DNA from: Verrucomicrobiia bacterium
GTDB taxonomy: Bacteria; Verrucomicrobiota; Verrucomicrobiia; Limisphaerales; UBA1319
Direction: 5' to 3'
Assembly: GCA_963664225.1 (NCBI GenBank)
Contig: OY760937.1
Coordinates: 5,536,001 to 5,600,000 of the forward strand
Length of the DNA stretch: 64,000 bases
The position numbers and the translations under genes were made by a program. Shown here piece by piece: positions 1-13,800 of the stretch (positions within the stretch are counted from its first letter, which is position 1; every line of letters starts with the position of its first letter). The notes beneath the pieces were generated by a model. That model was given only the letters and a program-made list of their open reading frames with translations. It did not search any database and was not told where the DNA came from.

Positions 1-1542
1 CCAGGCAGGGACTTTCGGGTCGATATTGTCGAACTGACCCAGAACTCGACGGAGTCCACTGAGAATTGGCGGAGGGCGATGGAGACAAGAATCCAGCAGG
101 TGGCGGCCCTGGAATTCGAAACCGCCCGGAAACTGCATGAGGAATGGTGGGCGACGTTCTGGAACCGAAGTTGGATCCAGGTTTCCGGCAGCCCGGAGGC
201 ATCGAAGGTTTCCCAGGGTTACTGCATCCAGCGCTGGATGATGGCGTGTTCCTCCCGTGGCGAGCAGCCGGCGAAGTTTAACGGCGGACTGTTTACAGTG
301 GGGCATGACATCACCGGCGATAAGGAATCCAATCCGGCGGATCATGACCCGGACTATCGTTTATGGGGCAATAGTTTTTGGAACCAGAACAATCGGCTTC
401 TATACTGGCCACTGATTGTCACAGGGGATTCCGATCTCATGAAGCCATGGTTTCAGATGTACGCGGGCGCTCTGCCGCTTGTGAAGGAGCGAACCCGGCT
501 TTATTACCAACATGACGGGGCGGCCTTCCCGGAAACCATGTATTTCTGGGGTCTTCCGAACCTTGGCGATTTTGGCTGGGACAATCCCACCAACCAGATT
601 CAGAGTCCCTGGATCCGGCACCATGTCCAGGGTGGTTTGGAGGTGATCGCCCAGGCCCTCGATGTTTACGAGTTCACGCAGGATGACGCGTTTGCGCGTC
701 AGGTGTTGTTGCCGATCTCCGAGGCGGTTGTGACGTATTACGATCAGCACTGGACACGCGATGCGAATGGGAAGATTCGGATGGCACCGATGCAGTCGTT
801 GGAGACGTATCAGGAAAACGCGGTGAATCCAACGCCGGACCTTGCGGGGTTGAAGTCGGTGTTGCCGAGGCTGCTGGCGCTTCCGGAGCCGTTGACGGCC
901 AGGGAACAGCGGGAGGTTTGGACCCGGGTGCTGCGGGATTTACCGCCCATTCCAACGGGCAAAACCGCCAAAGGGAAGGTGCCGCCGCAAGGCAAAGGCG
1001 ATGAGAACGGGGACACAATAATTTTGCCGGCAGAGCGGTATGGGAAAACCTGTAACGTGGAGAACCCTGAGCTTTACGTGGCGTTTCCGTATCATTTGTA
1101 TGGCGTTGGCAAGCCTGATTTGGAGCTGGCGAGGCGCACCTATGCCGCCCGCCTGTTCCCGCAGGATGCCTGCTGGGGACAGGATGGGACGCAGGCCGCC
1201 GTCCTGGGCATGGCTCTCGAGTCGCAAAAAATTGTGACGACTGAGTTTACGAAGTATGGGGATCAGCGGTTCCAGTGGTTTTGGAAATCCAGCAATGACT
1301 GGATTCCAGATCTGGACAATGGCGGCTCGGGCATGATTACGCTGCAGCAGATGTTGATGCAGTATGATGGGAAGCGCATTTTGCTTCTGCCCGCGTGGCC
1401 AACCAACTGGACCGCCGAGTTCAAGTTGCATGCCCCCTTTCAAACGACGGTGCGGGGGCATGTTGAAGGGGGAAGGATCAGCAACCTGATTGTGACGCCA
1501 AAAACGCGGGAGAAGGATGTGGAGATCATCAAGGGGAATTAA
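1..1542 (+). CDS. Glycoside hydrolase, GH95-like/DUF5703 six-hairpin glycosidase (5' truncated by window edge)
   Basis: Frame is open from base 1. Motifs KFNGGLFT, PDYRLWG..FWNQNNRLLYWP, AAFPETMYFWG, ENPELY..FPY and ILLLPAWPxxW..EFKLHAP resemble GH95-type C-terminal domains. Confidence 0.75.
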   Translation, partial: PGRDFRVDIVELTQNSTESTENWRRAMETRIQQVAALEFETARKLHEEWWATFWNRSWIQVSGSPEASKVSQGYCIQRWMMACSSRGEQPAKFNGGLFTVGHDITGDKESNPADHDPDYRLWGNSFWNQNNRLLYWPLIVTGDSDLMKPWFQMYAGALPLVKERTRLYYQHDGAAFPETMYFWGLPNLGDFGWDNPTNQIQSPWIRHHVQGGLEVIAQALDVYEFTQDDAFARQVLLPISEAVVTYYDQHWTRDANGKIRMAPMQSLETYQENAVNPTPDLAGLKSVLPRLLALPEPLTAREQREVWTRVLRDLPPIPTGKTAKGKVPPQGKGDENGDTIILPAERYGKTCNVENPELYVAFPYHLYGVGKPDLELARRTYAARLFPQDACWGQDGTQAAVLGMALESQKIVTTEFTKYGDQRFQWFWKSSNDWIPDLDNGGSGMITLQQMLMQYDGKRILLLPAWPTNWTAEFKLHAPFQTTVRGHVEGGRISNLIVTPKTREKDVEIIKGN

Positions 1543-1731
1543 ATGGCCGCCACGAACCGTTAAGTGGCGCAGGAGTGTCCTTGGACAAAAAAGCGAAGGG
1601 CCAAGGGCACAGGGCGGATGTGGGCCATAATGACTCAACCGCTGAATCTGATTGGGTGCAAGGAGATTAAGGCGGTAAGTGGAAATAATATGTGAAATTA
1701 GAAATAAACTTTGAACGACCGTTGAAGTAAC

Positions 1732-1760
1732 TTGCAAGGCAATCGATTGAGGGGTAGAAT
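1732..1760 (+). promoter_or_regulatory. Sigma70-type promoter for the giant-protein cluster
   Basis: TTGCAA (1732-37), 17 bp, TAGAAT (1755-60), preceded by an AT-rich tract. Confidence 0.6.
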
Positions 1761-1813
1761 CCCGCACAGTTTGTGAGGTCGTGGTGGATTATAAAGAAGC
1801 TGGGGATTTTTGC

Positions 1814-4800
1814 ATGAGTCATCAAACCTTATTCCTTTGTACCGCGCTTTTCGCAATGGCGACGCATGCCGCGCAACCGCCTTATGCCACGGACTTTGAG
1901 TCAGGCGTCGGAGCGGAATGGTCCCTGCCCAATGTCGATGCGAGCGAGATTGGATCTTTCAGCCGGTTTTCAGGGAGGTTCACCAATGACAAGCAGACGC
2001 TGACGTTGTCGAACATGACGGTGGGGGTTTCGTATTCGCTTTTCTTTGATTTTTACGCGATCGACACCTGGGATGGTTCTTATTCGGGCACGGGGGATTA
2101 TTTCAATGTGGGCGTGGATACGAACCAGGTTTTTCATTACACCTTCAGCAACTACAATGGGGATCCGCCGAGCAATCCTCAGAGTTATCCCGGGGTGCCG
2201 GATGTGGGACGGTACAATATGGGGTTTGCCGGGTATGTGGATGCGATTTACAGGAATATCGAGATCCCGTTTATCGCTTCGAACACGGTGGTACAAATCA
2301 GTTTTCAGGGGCAAAACCTGGAGGATATCAGCAACGAATCCTGGGGGATCGATAATGTCAGTGTGCGTCCCTCCTCGCAAACTCAAACGACCACGATTTC
2401 GTACACGACGCTGCCTCCGGATCATTCGACCAATGGGTTTGTGTTGGACGGTTTTGGCATTGGGGCGCTTCGCAATTTGCTTGGAACGACGGCGACCAAT
2501 GGGGCCAATTATTCTTTTCGCGAGGCCGGGGCGAATGGCGTGTTCGGGGATTCGGATGATGCCATCATTCCCCTGAACCTCAATTTTAATGGTTACAATA
2601 GCGTTAATTTCACGTTGACCAACGCGCCCTTGCAGCCGGGGAAATACCGGTTCGAGACGAAGGCGGGTCTGCTCGATACGAACAGTAATGCGGTGGCGGT
2701 GTTTGCGCGGGAGTTTGTGATCGCCAATCCGGTGGGAGGACAGATCGAAACTCCCAATAATGACTCGATTGCGACGGCGACCGCGCTGCCGATGGCTGAA
2801 AATCCAGCGGGATCGGGATTTTTCGCGGCGTTTGGCCTGGGATTGTTTTCGGCAAAGGGGGAGGCGGATTACTGGCGATTTGAAGGAGAGGCGCGGGACA
2901 AGTTGACCATTCGGCTGGAAGCCAACGCCAACGGAATTTATCCGCAACTTTATTTGCAGGACTCGACAGGGCAGACACTCAGTTCGGTGGGAGGGGATTA
3001 TTACGGGACAGCCCAGATTCAGAACTACGTCATCAGCAAGCCGGGGACGTATTTTGTGAAGGTGTGGAGCGACAATCAGACGGGGAAATACAAGTTGCGC
3101 GTGGATCAGTCGCGCGGTCCGCAATTGGAGCAGGAGGATAATAATGCGCAGAGCACGGCCAATGTGCTGGGGTTGACGTTCTCGACGGGGACTTACCAGG
3201 CGCGCATTGCGGGGGCGCTGACTGGAAACGATTCGGGCGCAGGGGATGTGTTTTCGCTGGGCACACTGAATGCGGGCAATTCCATCAGCGTAGCACTTGC
3301 CATGCCTGTGGGAGGTTCGCTGGTCACGAGTGCGGCCATTCTCTCGATTGAGGGAGCTGGCGCGGGGAATGGCGTTTCTCTGGCGACAAACACGGCTGGT
3401 TTTTTGAATTTCATCGTGGCTTCGAATGATTTGTATTATGTGCGGATTGCCACGGCCAATTCGAACTTGAATCTGAATGCGCAGTATTTGCTGAGTATCA
3501 CGGTGGTGGATGGGGTGCCGCCGGTGGTGGTTTCCACGAGCCTGCCGGATGGGGGACAGGCGACGACCAACCTGATCGACAAGATATCGGTTCTCTTTAG
3601 TGAAGACCTGGCGCAGTCCGTAAACAACATGGGTCAACGGTATTTGACTTACGGTGGACGGCGGTATGCGGTCACACCCCCGGCGTTGTCGTGGGAGGAT
3701 GCCGAGACTTACGCGCAGTCCATTGGAGGCCATTTGGTCACGATCAACAGTCCTCTGGAAAACGAGTGGATTCGAAGACAGTTCAGCTCGTATGGATCGG
3801 TGTGGATCGGATATACGGACAAGGCTGCGGAAGGCACCTGGGTGTGGGCTGATGGGAGTCCGACGAAGTACACGCATTGGAATTCCGGAGAGCCGAATAA
3901 TTCAGGAGGCAACGAGAATTATGGTGTCATGCTGACATCGGGGTTCTGGAACGATGTGAACGCAGCCACAACGGCCTATGGCGTGGTTGAGATTGGCACG
4001 GGGGGACTGGACACCGATGGGGACGGACTGGCCAACGCGATCGATCCGTTTCCCAACGATGCCCTCAATGGATTCGAATTGCGCGGGGCCGGGGCGGACG
4101 GTTTGTTTAAAACGGCTGACGATCGGGTTTATGCCCTTGTTGCTGATTCCTATTCCGGCGGATTGGCGGTCACCTTGCGGGTGACCGATGGTCCCTTGCT
4201 GCCGGGCAAATACCAATTCGTGCTGACGACTTCCATCAAGGACCGCGCTGGAAACAGCATGGCGGGAAATTATACCAACTCGTTTGTTGTCACGGCCCTT
4301 TCGGGTTATGTCACCTATAATGGGGCGGGGGATGTGACGCCGATCAGTGGCAGCGTAGCCGCGGCTCCGGATGGGTCGTTGGTCAATTATTCCGATGCTC
4401 CAACGGGCCGATATCCCCGGGGAATTGCCGCCGGACTGCTGGATGGGGGCACGAACCTGGATCTGGCGGTGGCCAATTACGGAAGCGGCGATGTGAGTAT
4501 TTTGCTCGGGGCGGGGGACGGGACGTTTTATCGGTCCACCAATTACGCCACGGGCAACGGAGCTGCCACAGTGACGATGGGAGATTTGAACAAGGACAAC
4601 CGGATGGATCTGGTTGTCGTGAATAACAGCGCGAATAATGTCACCGTTTTAATGGGCAATGGGGACGGGACATTTCAAAGTGGGACCAATTACGCGGTTG
4701 GATCGAGTCCGATCGGACTGGTTCTGCGCGATTTCAATGGGGACGGCAAATTGGATCTGGCGGTGGCCAATCAGTCCGCAAAGACGATCAGTGTTTTAAT

Positions 4801-7800
4801 GGGCAACGGGGATGGGACGTTCAAGACGGCGGTCAATTATGGCACGGGAAATCAGCCTTACTCGCTGGTGGCGGCGGATTTCAATGGGGACGGGAAAGTG
4901 GACCTGGCCGTGGCAAACTATGGGGAAAGCACGGTGAGCGTGCTCAACGGCAACGGGGATGGAACATTCAATGCGAAGGTGGATTATCCAACGGGCACAG
5001 GTCCGCGCGGCCTGGATGTTGGGGATCTAAATGGGGATGGGAAATTGGACCTTGTAACGGGCAACACGGATGCAGGCACCGTGAGCATTCTGGCCGGAAA
5101 TGGAGATGGAACGTTTGCGGCGAAGGCCGACTACGCATCCGGTGGGTCCGACGTTTATCAGATCCTTTTGGCGGACTTCAATGGCGACAATCGCCTGGAT
5201 GTGGTCGTGCCCGGTTTTGGCAACAGCAGGCTATGCATACTGCTGAATCGTGGGAATGGAACGTTGGAGTCGCCGATGACATATCCGGCAGGCAACAATG
5301 CGATATGGGCGGCGGCAGGCGATTTTAACGGAGACCAGCGCCTGGACCTGGCTGTGGTCAATTATTACGCGAGCACGGTGACCGTCCTCAATGGAGTTGG
5401 AGCCAAATTGCTGACGGAAGATCCGATTGGCAGCGGCATCCGCATCGGGGCCGGACGCGGGCAGTTGAAAAATCAGAGCGACGTGGATGTCTGGAATTTC
5501 ACGGCAAAAGCGGGCGATCTCGTGAGCGTGGCGGTGGAAGTTCCGGGCAATCCGGCTGCCAGCCAGCTTTATTACCGAATCTACAATGCGGCAGGGGATA
5601 CACTGACTGATTTTTATACCAGTTATAATGGCTGGGGCCAGTCCGCGCCTTACCGGTTTGCCGCCAGCGGAACGTATTGGATCGGAGTGCAGCGCTATTA
5701 TGATTACTTCAGTGAGTATCGGCTGCGTGTGACGCTGGCATCGCCACCGACCCAGATGGAGACCGAGGACAACAGCGACATCAGCCATGCCAACAAGCCT
5801 GCATTGGAGCTGGCCAGCGGGCATCTGACGGCGAGCGTCCTTGGATATTTCGGAGTTGGAGATGCGAATGGCGATTATTTCAATTTTGGCAATCTGGCCG
5901 CTGGCGCGACAATACAATTGACCATGAAACAGCCCTCCAGCAGCGGTCTGGCGGGTGTGTTGGGGATTTACGACGCGGGAGGCAACCTTGTGGCCAACGG
6001 CGCACCGGGGGCGACTCCGGTTTCCTACACCATTCCACCGGGGGGAGGTAGCAACTACTACGCGCGCGTAATGGGGGCGGGCATCTATGGGCTGCATGCC
6101 GCAAGCGGCAATTCGGCGCTGGTTTTCGATGGGAACGCCGACTTCGTAATGGTCACGAACGCGCCATCGCTGGACTTGAGCAATCAGTTTTCACTTGAGG
6201 CATGGGTTTACCCGCGAAACTTTGCGGGGCGTGACCGGGCTGTTATTTCCAAGGTGGGCGGCACCGGCGGCAACAATGGTTATCAATTGGTGTTCGGTCA
6301 GGACGGAAAGCTGTCCTTGCTTTTCAATGCATCGGGCGAAAGCTGGCCCGCCAACAGCGTGTCCACACCCCCGTTGGATATTTTGAATCGATGGACCCAT
6401 ATCGCGGCGACCTATGACAACGATACGATGCGCCTGTATGTCAATGGACAGCTAGCGGCGTCGAATACGATCGGCGCGAAGAGCGTGGTCAAGTCCCTGT
6501 CCAATCTGCGTATTGGTAATGACGACAACGCCTATGTCTTCTTCGACGGATTGATCGATGAAGTTCGGGTCTGGAACACGGCCCGGAGCGCGTCCGCGAT
6601 CCTTACGGGGATGAGTCAGAGTCTCACGGGAGCGGAGTCGGGGCTGGCGGGATACTGGCCTTTCAACGAGGGTTCCGGAGGTGTCGCCTCCGACTTGAGC
6701 CCCAATAAAAACTCGGGAATTCTGGGAAATGGGGTGGCCAGTCAACAACCGGCGTGGGTTGCCCTGCGCACAACCGATCAGCCCGCAGCGGGAATTTTTG
6801 CGCAGTACCTGATGGGGGTGGATATTGCGGACGCTGTGGCTCCGCTGATCACGTCGATTACCCTGCCTGCGGCCAATTCCACGAATCAGATCATGATCGA
6901 TCGATTCACGATCACCTTCAACAAGGACATGATGGCCAGCACAGTGACCAACAGCCTGAGTTACGATCTGCGTTCCGCCGGACCGGACGGCCTCTTCAAC
7001 ACGGGTGACGATGTGCTGTATCCGGTGATCAACCAAAACTATTCGAGCGGGCTTTCGTCGTCCTACCTGATCGGAGATGGTCCTCTACAGTCTGGAAGTT
7101 ACCGACTGACGGCAAAGACCGCGTTAAAAGACCGCTCGGGCAACGCGCTGGCAGCCGACTATAAACGGGATTTTGTCGTGGCCGGGGTGGCGGGTTTTAT
7201 TACGGAAAACCGTTCCAATGACACGCAAAATACCGCGACCTCTTTGAGCATTGCGCCCGGAAACTTGAACGACGGCTCTTTTTACCAAGGAGACAGCGTT
7301 GGGGTTGGCAGTCGTCCCTATTCCATTGTTTCGGGACGCTTCAACGGGGATAACCATTTGGATCTGGCCACAGCAAACAGCAGTGACGGCACCATCAGCA
7401 TACTGTTGGGAAGTGGATCGGGCACCTTTACCAATGCCACAAACATCAGTGTGGGAGGCAATCCTTACAATGTGGCGACGGGCGACTTCAACGGGGATGG
7501 AAAAGCGGACTTGAGTGTGACGAAGGACAGTCCCTATCAGGTGGTGATTCTCCTGGGCGCAGGCGACGGGACATTCCAGGCGTTCACGAATTATACGGTG
7601 GCCAACAGCCCGCGAGTGCAGGCGGTGGGAGATTTCAACAAAGATGGGAAGCTCGATATCGCGGTGGCCTGCCAGAGCGTCGATAAAGTGAGCGTTTTGT
7701 TGGGTAATGGAGATGGCACCTTTAAAACGAATGTGGACTATCCGGTGGGCAGCCAGCCGTATGGGATTGCGATGGGTGATTTCAACAAGGATGGAAAACT

Positions 7801-10800
7801 GGATCTGGTGGTGGGGGATTATAATGGCGACCAGGTCAGCGTGCTCATGGGGAAGGGGGATGGGACGTTTGATTCGGCAGTGAATTACCCCACTGGAGGG
7901 GGGCCGCGCGCGGTCGCCGTCGGCGACATGAACGGGGACGGAACTCTTGATATCGTCACCGCCAACAGTCAGGGAAATTCGCTCAGCATGCTTGAAGGAA
8001 AAGGGGACGGAACGTTTCTGGCCAAGCGGGATTTTGGGATGACCATTTATGACACCTATCAGGTGCTATTGACGGATCTCAATGGAGACGGGCGATCGGA
8101 TGTGGTGATTGCGGCTTATGGGGCCGGACGACTTGGAGTTTTGTTGAATCGCGGCAATTGGGCCTTTGAAAATTATGAGGATTATTCGATGCCCAGTGGC
8201 ATTGGAGTGGTGGCGGGCGATTTCAACGAAGACCTGCGGACCGACCTGGCGGTTGCGAGTTACAGCAACAACAAGGTCACCGTATTTTCCGGAAACAACA
8301 ATGAATTGCTGGCGGAGGATCCCGCAGGAAGCGGGATTCGGTCGAGTGCCGCGCGGGGCAATGTATCCGGCGTCAACGATGTGGATTATTGGAGTTTCAG
8401 CGCGAAATCGGGGGATATCCTGGCCCTGTCTGTCGAAACCCCCGGAAATCCAGCGGCGAGTCAGTTGTATTACACGGTCTATTATCCAAATGGCGCGGTC
8501 GTGTCTGAATTTGCAGCGGACAGCTACTATGGATGGGGCAATCTGTCCCCCGTGCGCCTGAATGTCAGCGGGACCTATACGGTGGGGGTCAGGCGGTATT
8601 ATGACTATGTGGGCGAGTATCGGATTCGAGTGACGCTGGCTCCGGACAAATACCAGATGGAGGTTGAGCCAAACAATGACATCGCGCATGCCAATGCGCC
8701 GACGCTGGTGCTGGCGAATGGACACCAGACGGCTAATGTCGTTGGTTCGATAGGCGAAGGAGACGGTTCGGGCGATTATTTCAGGCTGGGCAATCTTTCA
8801 GGGGGAACACTCATTCATTTGGGGTTGACGCAGCCAACGGTCAGCCCATTGCAGGACATCCTCACGATTTACGATACCAATGGGACGATCATCACCAACT
8901 CGGCCATTCGCGGGACGAGTCTGGACTTCACAATCCCCACAGGGGGTGACGGGGCCTATTACGCGAGAGTGCAGAGCGCAAACCCCGGGGCGGTGCAGTT
9001 TTCGGGCGGGAATGATTATGTCAACGTTGGCAACTGGAGTCCGGGAACGCAATGGACAGTCGAGGCCTGGGTGAAGCCAAACGCCGCACCCAGCGGGCGT
9101 CATGGGATTGCAGGCGGTTTCAACTCCTGCGCGGACTGGGGGATCGTGCTTCAGGACGGCCAGTTCGGAATTGCAACCAAGCCGCCGAGTGGTTGCAGCA
9201 TTACGATCCCATCGGGCGAAGCTGTGACCTTGAACCAATGGTATCATGTGGCCGCCACCTGCGATGGAACCAATGCGCAACTGTATGTGAACGGAGTCTT
9301 AAAGGCCACCGGGCCCGTTTCTGTGAACTATTCCGCCAATGGGAATGGGACATGGATTGGAAGCGAAGCGTGCTGCGGGAACGAAACGTTTTCGGGACTG
9401 ATCCAGGAAGTCAGCATTTGGGAGCGGCCGCTGTCAGGCGCGGAAATCACCAGTGGAATGAGCCATGCGCTGGCTGGAACTGAAACTGGATTGGCCGGGT
9501 ATTGGAAATTGAATGAGGGAGTGGGCACCGTGGCGCTGGATTCGAGCACGCGGAACAGAAACGGCACGCTGGTGAATGGGCCGGTGTGGGCGCGGTCGGA
9601 TCTGGCCGGATTCGCGAGCGCCGCCCTGCCCGGCACGGTGATTTTCGATCGCCTGTATGCGATCTACGCATTGAACATCGATTTGAGCGATTCACAGCCG
9701 CCATCGATTGTCGCGGTGAGCCTGCCGGATGAAGGCAGCACGAACACCACCATCGTGGACCGATTTACCATCAACTTTAACAAGGACATGATGGCAACGA
9801 CGGTCACGAACGCTGCGACTTACGAATTGCGTTCGTCGGGCGCCAACGGGATTTTCGACACGGCAGACGATGAGATTTACACGATCAGTTGCGATGGATA
9901 CACCTCGGGATTGACGGCGAGCTATCGAATCAGCGACGGACCGCTGCAGCCTGGATTTTATCGGTTCACCATCAAGACCGCGTTGCAGGATCGGACGGGC
10001 AATCCGCTTCCGCAGAACTACACGAGAAAATTCAAAGTAGAAGGGGTCGATGGCTTCATCCTGGAAACAAGGAACAACAATACCCTGGGACAGGCGACAT
10101 CGTTGAGTCGGGCGCGCACGGCCACTCCAGATGGCTCCTTTAGGCAGGCTGAAAACGTGAATGTGGAGAATAATCCACGATTTGCGGGCGTCGCCGATTT
10201 GAACGGAGATGGCAAGCTGGACATGGTGGTGGCGAATTCAGGAGCGGGGAATGTGAGCGTTCTTTTGGGTGTTGGGGATGGGACCTTCCAGCCCAGGACC
10301 AATTATGCCACGGGCAGCGGACCGACCGGCGTTGCGCTGGCGGATTACGACAAGGATGGGAAGATCGACGCGGTGGTCGCCAATTACAATGCCAACACGA
10401 TCACCCTGCTTCAGGGCAACGGGGACGGAAGTTTTCAAGCTATAACAAATATCACCACAGGAAATCATCCGCTGTATTTGATTTCCGGCGATTTCAACCG
10501 GGACGGCAAACCTGACTTTGGGGTGACGTGCAACGGTGAAAATAAAATCTACGTTTACATCGGCCACGGGGATGGAACCTTCGATGCGCCGTCGATTTAC
10601 AGCACGGGGACCAATCCTGAAATACTCGCTGCAGGGGATTTCAATGGCGACGGCAAGCCGGATTTGGCGGTTGGAAACTATCGCAGCGCCAATGTCAGCG
10701 TATTACTCGGGAATGGAGATGGCAGTTTTCAGGCGCCGGTGCAATTTGCAACGGGAGCAGGCCCTGCGGCGGTTGCGGTGGGGGATTTGCAGAACAAGGG

Positions 10801-13800
10801 AAAACTGGACCTGGTGGTGGCGAACTATGACGCAGGCACACTGAGCGTCCTGCGTGGCGATGGCGCGGGCAATTTCGGAACCAACACAGATTATTCAACA
10901 GGTGGCACCCAGCCGTATATCCTGACGCTGGCGGATATCAATGGAGACGGGTTTCTGGATGTCGTTGTGCCCAATTCGGGCAGCGGAAATGTGGCCGTGA
11001 TGCTGAATCTTGGTGACGGCACATTTGCGGCGCCAGTGACTTATACGACGGGTTACCGGCCATTCCAGGTTGTCGCAAAAGACTTCAATCAGGATGGTCG
11101 TCTGGATTTTGCGGCGGTTTGTTACGGAAACGCGTACGTCAGCCTGTATCTGGGCAACGATACGGAATATCTGGCGGAGGATCCGACAGGCAGCGGCATT
11201 CGCACCTCGGCAAGCCGGGGCCGGATGACGACATCAACGGATGCGGATTACTGGAGTTTTACGGGGAAGGCTGGAGACTGGCTGATAGTGGCGGTGGACA
11301 CCCCGGGAACTCCCGCAGGAAGCGCGTTGGATTTTCGCGTGGACGGCCCCAATGGAGCCAATGTCACGGATTTTCAAGGCGGGTATTATGGTTATGGCCA
11401 GTGCGCCCCGGTTCAATTGCCGTTCACCGGCACTTATACCATTCTGGTAAAGAAGTATTACGATTACCAGGGTGAGTACCGAATGCGGGTCACAACGGCG
11501 CCGTCCAGTTATCAACTCGAGCAGGAAGATAATAGCGCCATCAACCGCGCGAATACATTAAATCTTGCCGCCGCCAATCAGCATCGCGCTGCAAATGTGC
11601 TGGGATATATTGGAACGGGGGATGACAGCGGAGACTATTATTCGCTGGGCAATTTAGGCGCCGGAACCACGATTACGCTGAAGACACAACGACCGCTGAC
11701 CAGCGGATTGTGGCCCGCCATGGCCATTTATAAAACAGGTGGAACGCCTGTCACCAACAGCGTTGGTGGCATCACGAATCTCAGTTACACCATTCCCAGC
11801 GGAGGGGATGGGGCTTATTACATTGGTGTGGCCAAGTCCGATTTCGGTCCCCGTGCGGGTCTCAGGCTGGATGGTTCGCAGGCGGTTGGATATGGTTCCT
11901 GGCTTACGAATCAAGCGTTCTCGGTTTCCATGTGGATCAAGCCGGACGCCTCGCAGACCAGTTACGCCGACATCATGGACAACAACCATCGTGGTGGTGT
12001 GAACTGGGTTATTCAGCAGGATGGTGGAAACGTAAACTCGTATAGTTTTGGTGTGGCCGATGGAGGTTTGCCCCCCACGTTTTATATCACGCCCGGGAAC
12101 TGGCATCACCTGATGGTGAGCAGGGATGCCGCGCGGTTGGATCGCGTGTATCTGGATGGGCAGGTTGTAAGTTCGACGACCGGTACAGGCGATATCAATT
12201 ACGATGGCAATCAATTCCTGCGATCCGGGCGGTGGGGAGGCGGCGGAAGAAATTGGAATGGCGTCATCGACGAGGTGCATATCTGGGATCATGCCCTGAC
12301 GGCACTTGAACTGCAGAGGGACATCGGATACGCAACCGCCCCTGGCGATGCGGGGATCATTGGTTTTTGGAAATTCAACGAGGGCAGCGGAAGCGTGGTC
12401 AAGGATTACAGTGCGTTTGCCCGCGACGGCGCCATTGAAGGGACTCCTCAATGGGGTTCGTTTGCCGAGCAACCATACGATCCTCTGTTTGCGCAATACA
12501 TTCTCAAGGTGGATTTGTCAGACACATTGCCGCCCGTAATCACCTCCGTCAGTTTGCCGGATGAAGGCAGCACAAATTCCGCGATCCTTGACACCTTCAC
12601 AGTGGCCTTTTCCAAGGACATGCTCGCCTCGACCGTCACGGACCCAGGTTCCTATGAATTCCGCGGGGCCGGGGACGATGGGATTCTGGGGACTGGCGAC
12701 GATATACTCTACACCATCCAGTGCGACGGTTATGGCAGCGGGTTGTCCGCGGCGTATCACATAATGGATGGTCCATTGCAGCCGGGATTGAATCAGCTGA
12801 CGATTTCAACCGCCATGAAGGACCGTTCCGGGAATCCAATCGCGGCACCGTTTATCAGGACATTTGCGATCGGTTCCATCGGCGGATTCGCCTTTGAGAC
12901 CCGCAACAATAACACTGCTGCAACCGCAACCCCGATCACATTGATCGAGGATCCGACCGGATTCAAGTCGGGCGGCGGCCGGGGAAATCTCTCCAGCGCC
13001 TCGGATGTCGATTTTTGGAAATTCGATGGGCACACGAATGAATCCGTGGTTTTGAGCGTGGAGATTCCCGATCATCCCGGAGGCAGTCAATTACATTACC
13101 AGATCTTTGCCCCGAACGGCAACAATCTCGCTGATTTCACCAGCGACTATTATGGGTCTGGGTTGAGCAGTGTGCTGTTGCTGCCAACCAATGGTGTTTA
13201 TACCATCAGGGTGGAACATTATTATAATTATTTTTACGAGTATAGAATTCGACTGGGCGTGGCGGTTCCGCCGATGCAAATGGAAGCCGAAGGGAACGAC
13301 GATATCGCGCATGCCAATGCCATCGCCCTGGCGCCCGGAGGTCAGGGCCGATATGGGAGCATGGCTGGCTGCATCAGAACCAGCGGGGATTTGGATTATT
13401 ACAGCATTGCAGGAATCACGAATGGCTCGACGGTTTTCGTCAGCGTGCGCCTGCCATCCACCAGCCGGTTGTCGCCGGTGGTGAGTCTTTACGACAAGAA
13501 TAATCAATACCTTGCGGAAGCGCCAGGCGGGCGTCCCAACGATGGGGTGGCGCAGGTTCGCATCACACAGGACGGCGCCTATTATGCGGTTGTACGCGGA
13601 TCCGAAGGCGTGGGAGGAATCACCGAGCAATACGTGGTCGATTTCCAGGTGATCCCTTCGGGAAATGTGAATTTCCCCAATCTACAGGTCACGAGCCTCA
13701 TACCTCCAACGGGGCTCATCACGAGCGGGGGGTCGATCAGTTTCGGTTTCTCCGTGACCAATATTGGCAGCGTGGCCACACCCGCAGCCGCGTGGTCGGA

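Noticed and set aside
1970..3877. 635-aa minus-strand ORF (and other long antisense ORFs such as 25405-26490, 31775-32866, 35230-36216)
   Set aside because: They lie wholly or almost wholly opposite well-supported genes and have no motifs; typical shadow ORFs of GC-rich coding DNA.
4410..11155. Regularly spaced DNA repeats resembling a CRISPR or DGR array
   Set aside because: They are degenerate in-frame FG-GAP codon repeats; no identical repeats with spacers, no cas or reverse transcriptase genes.
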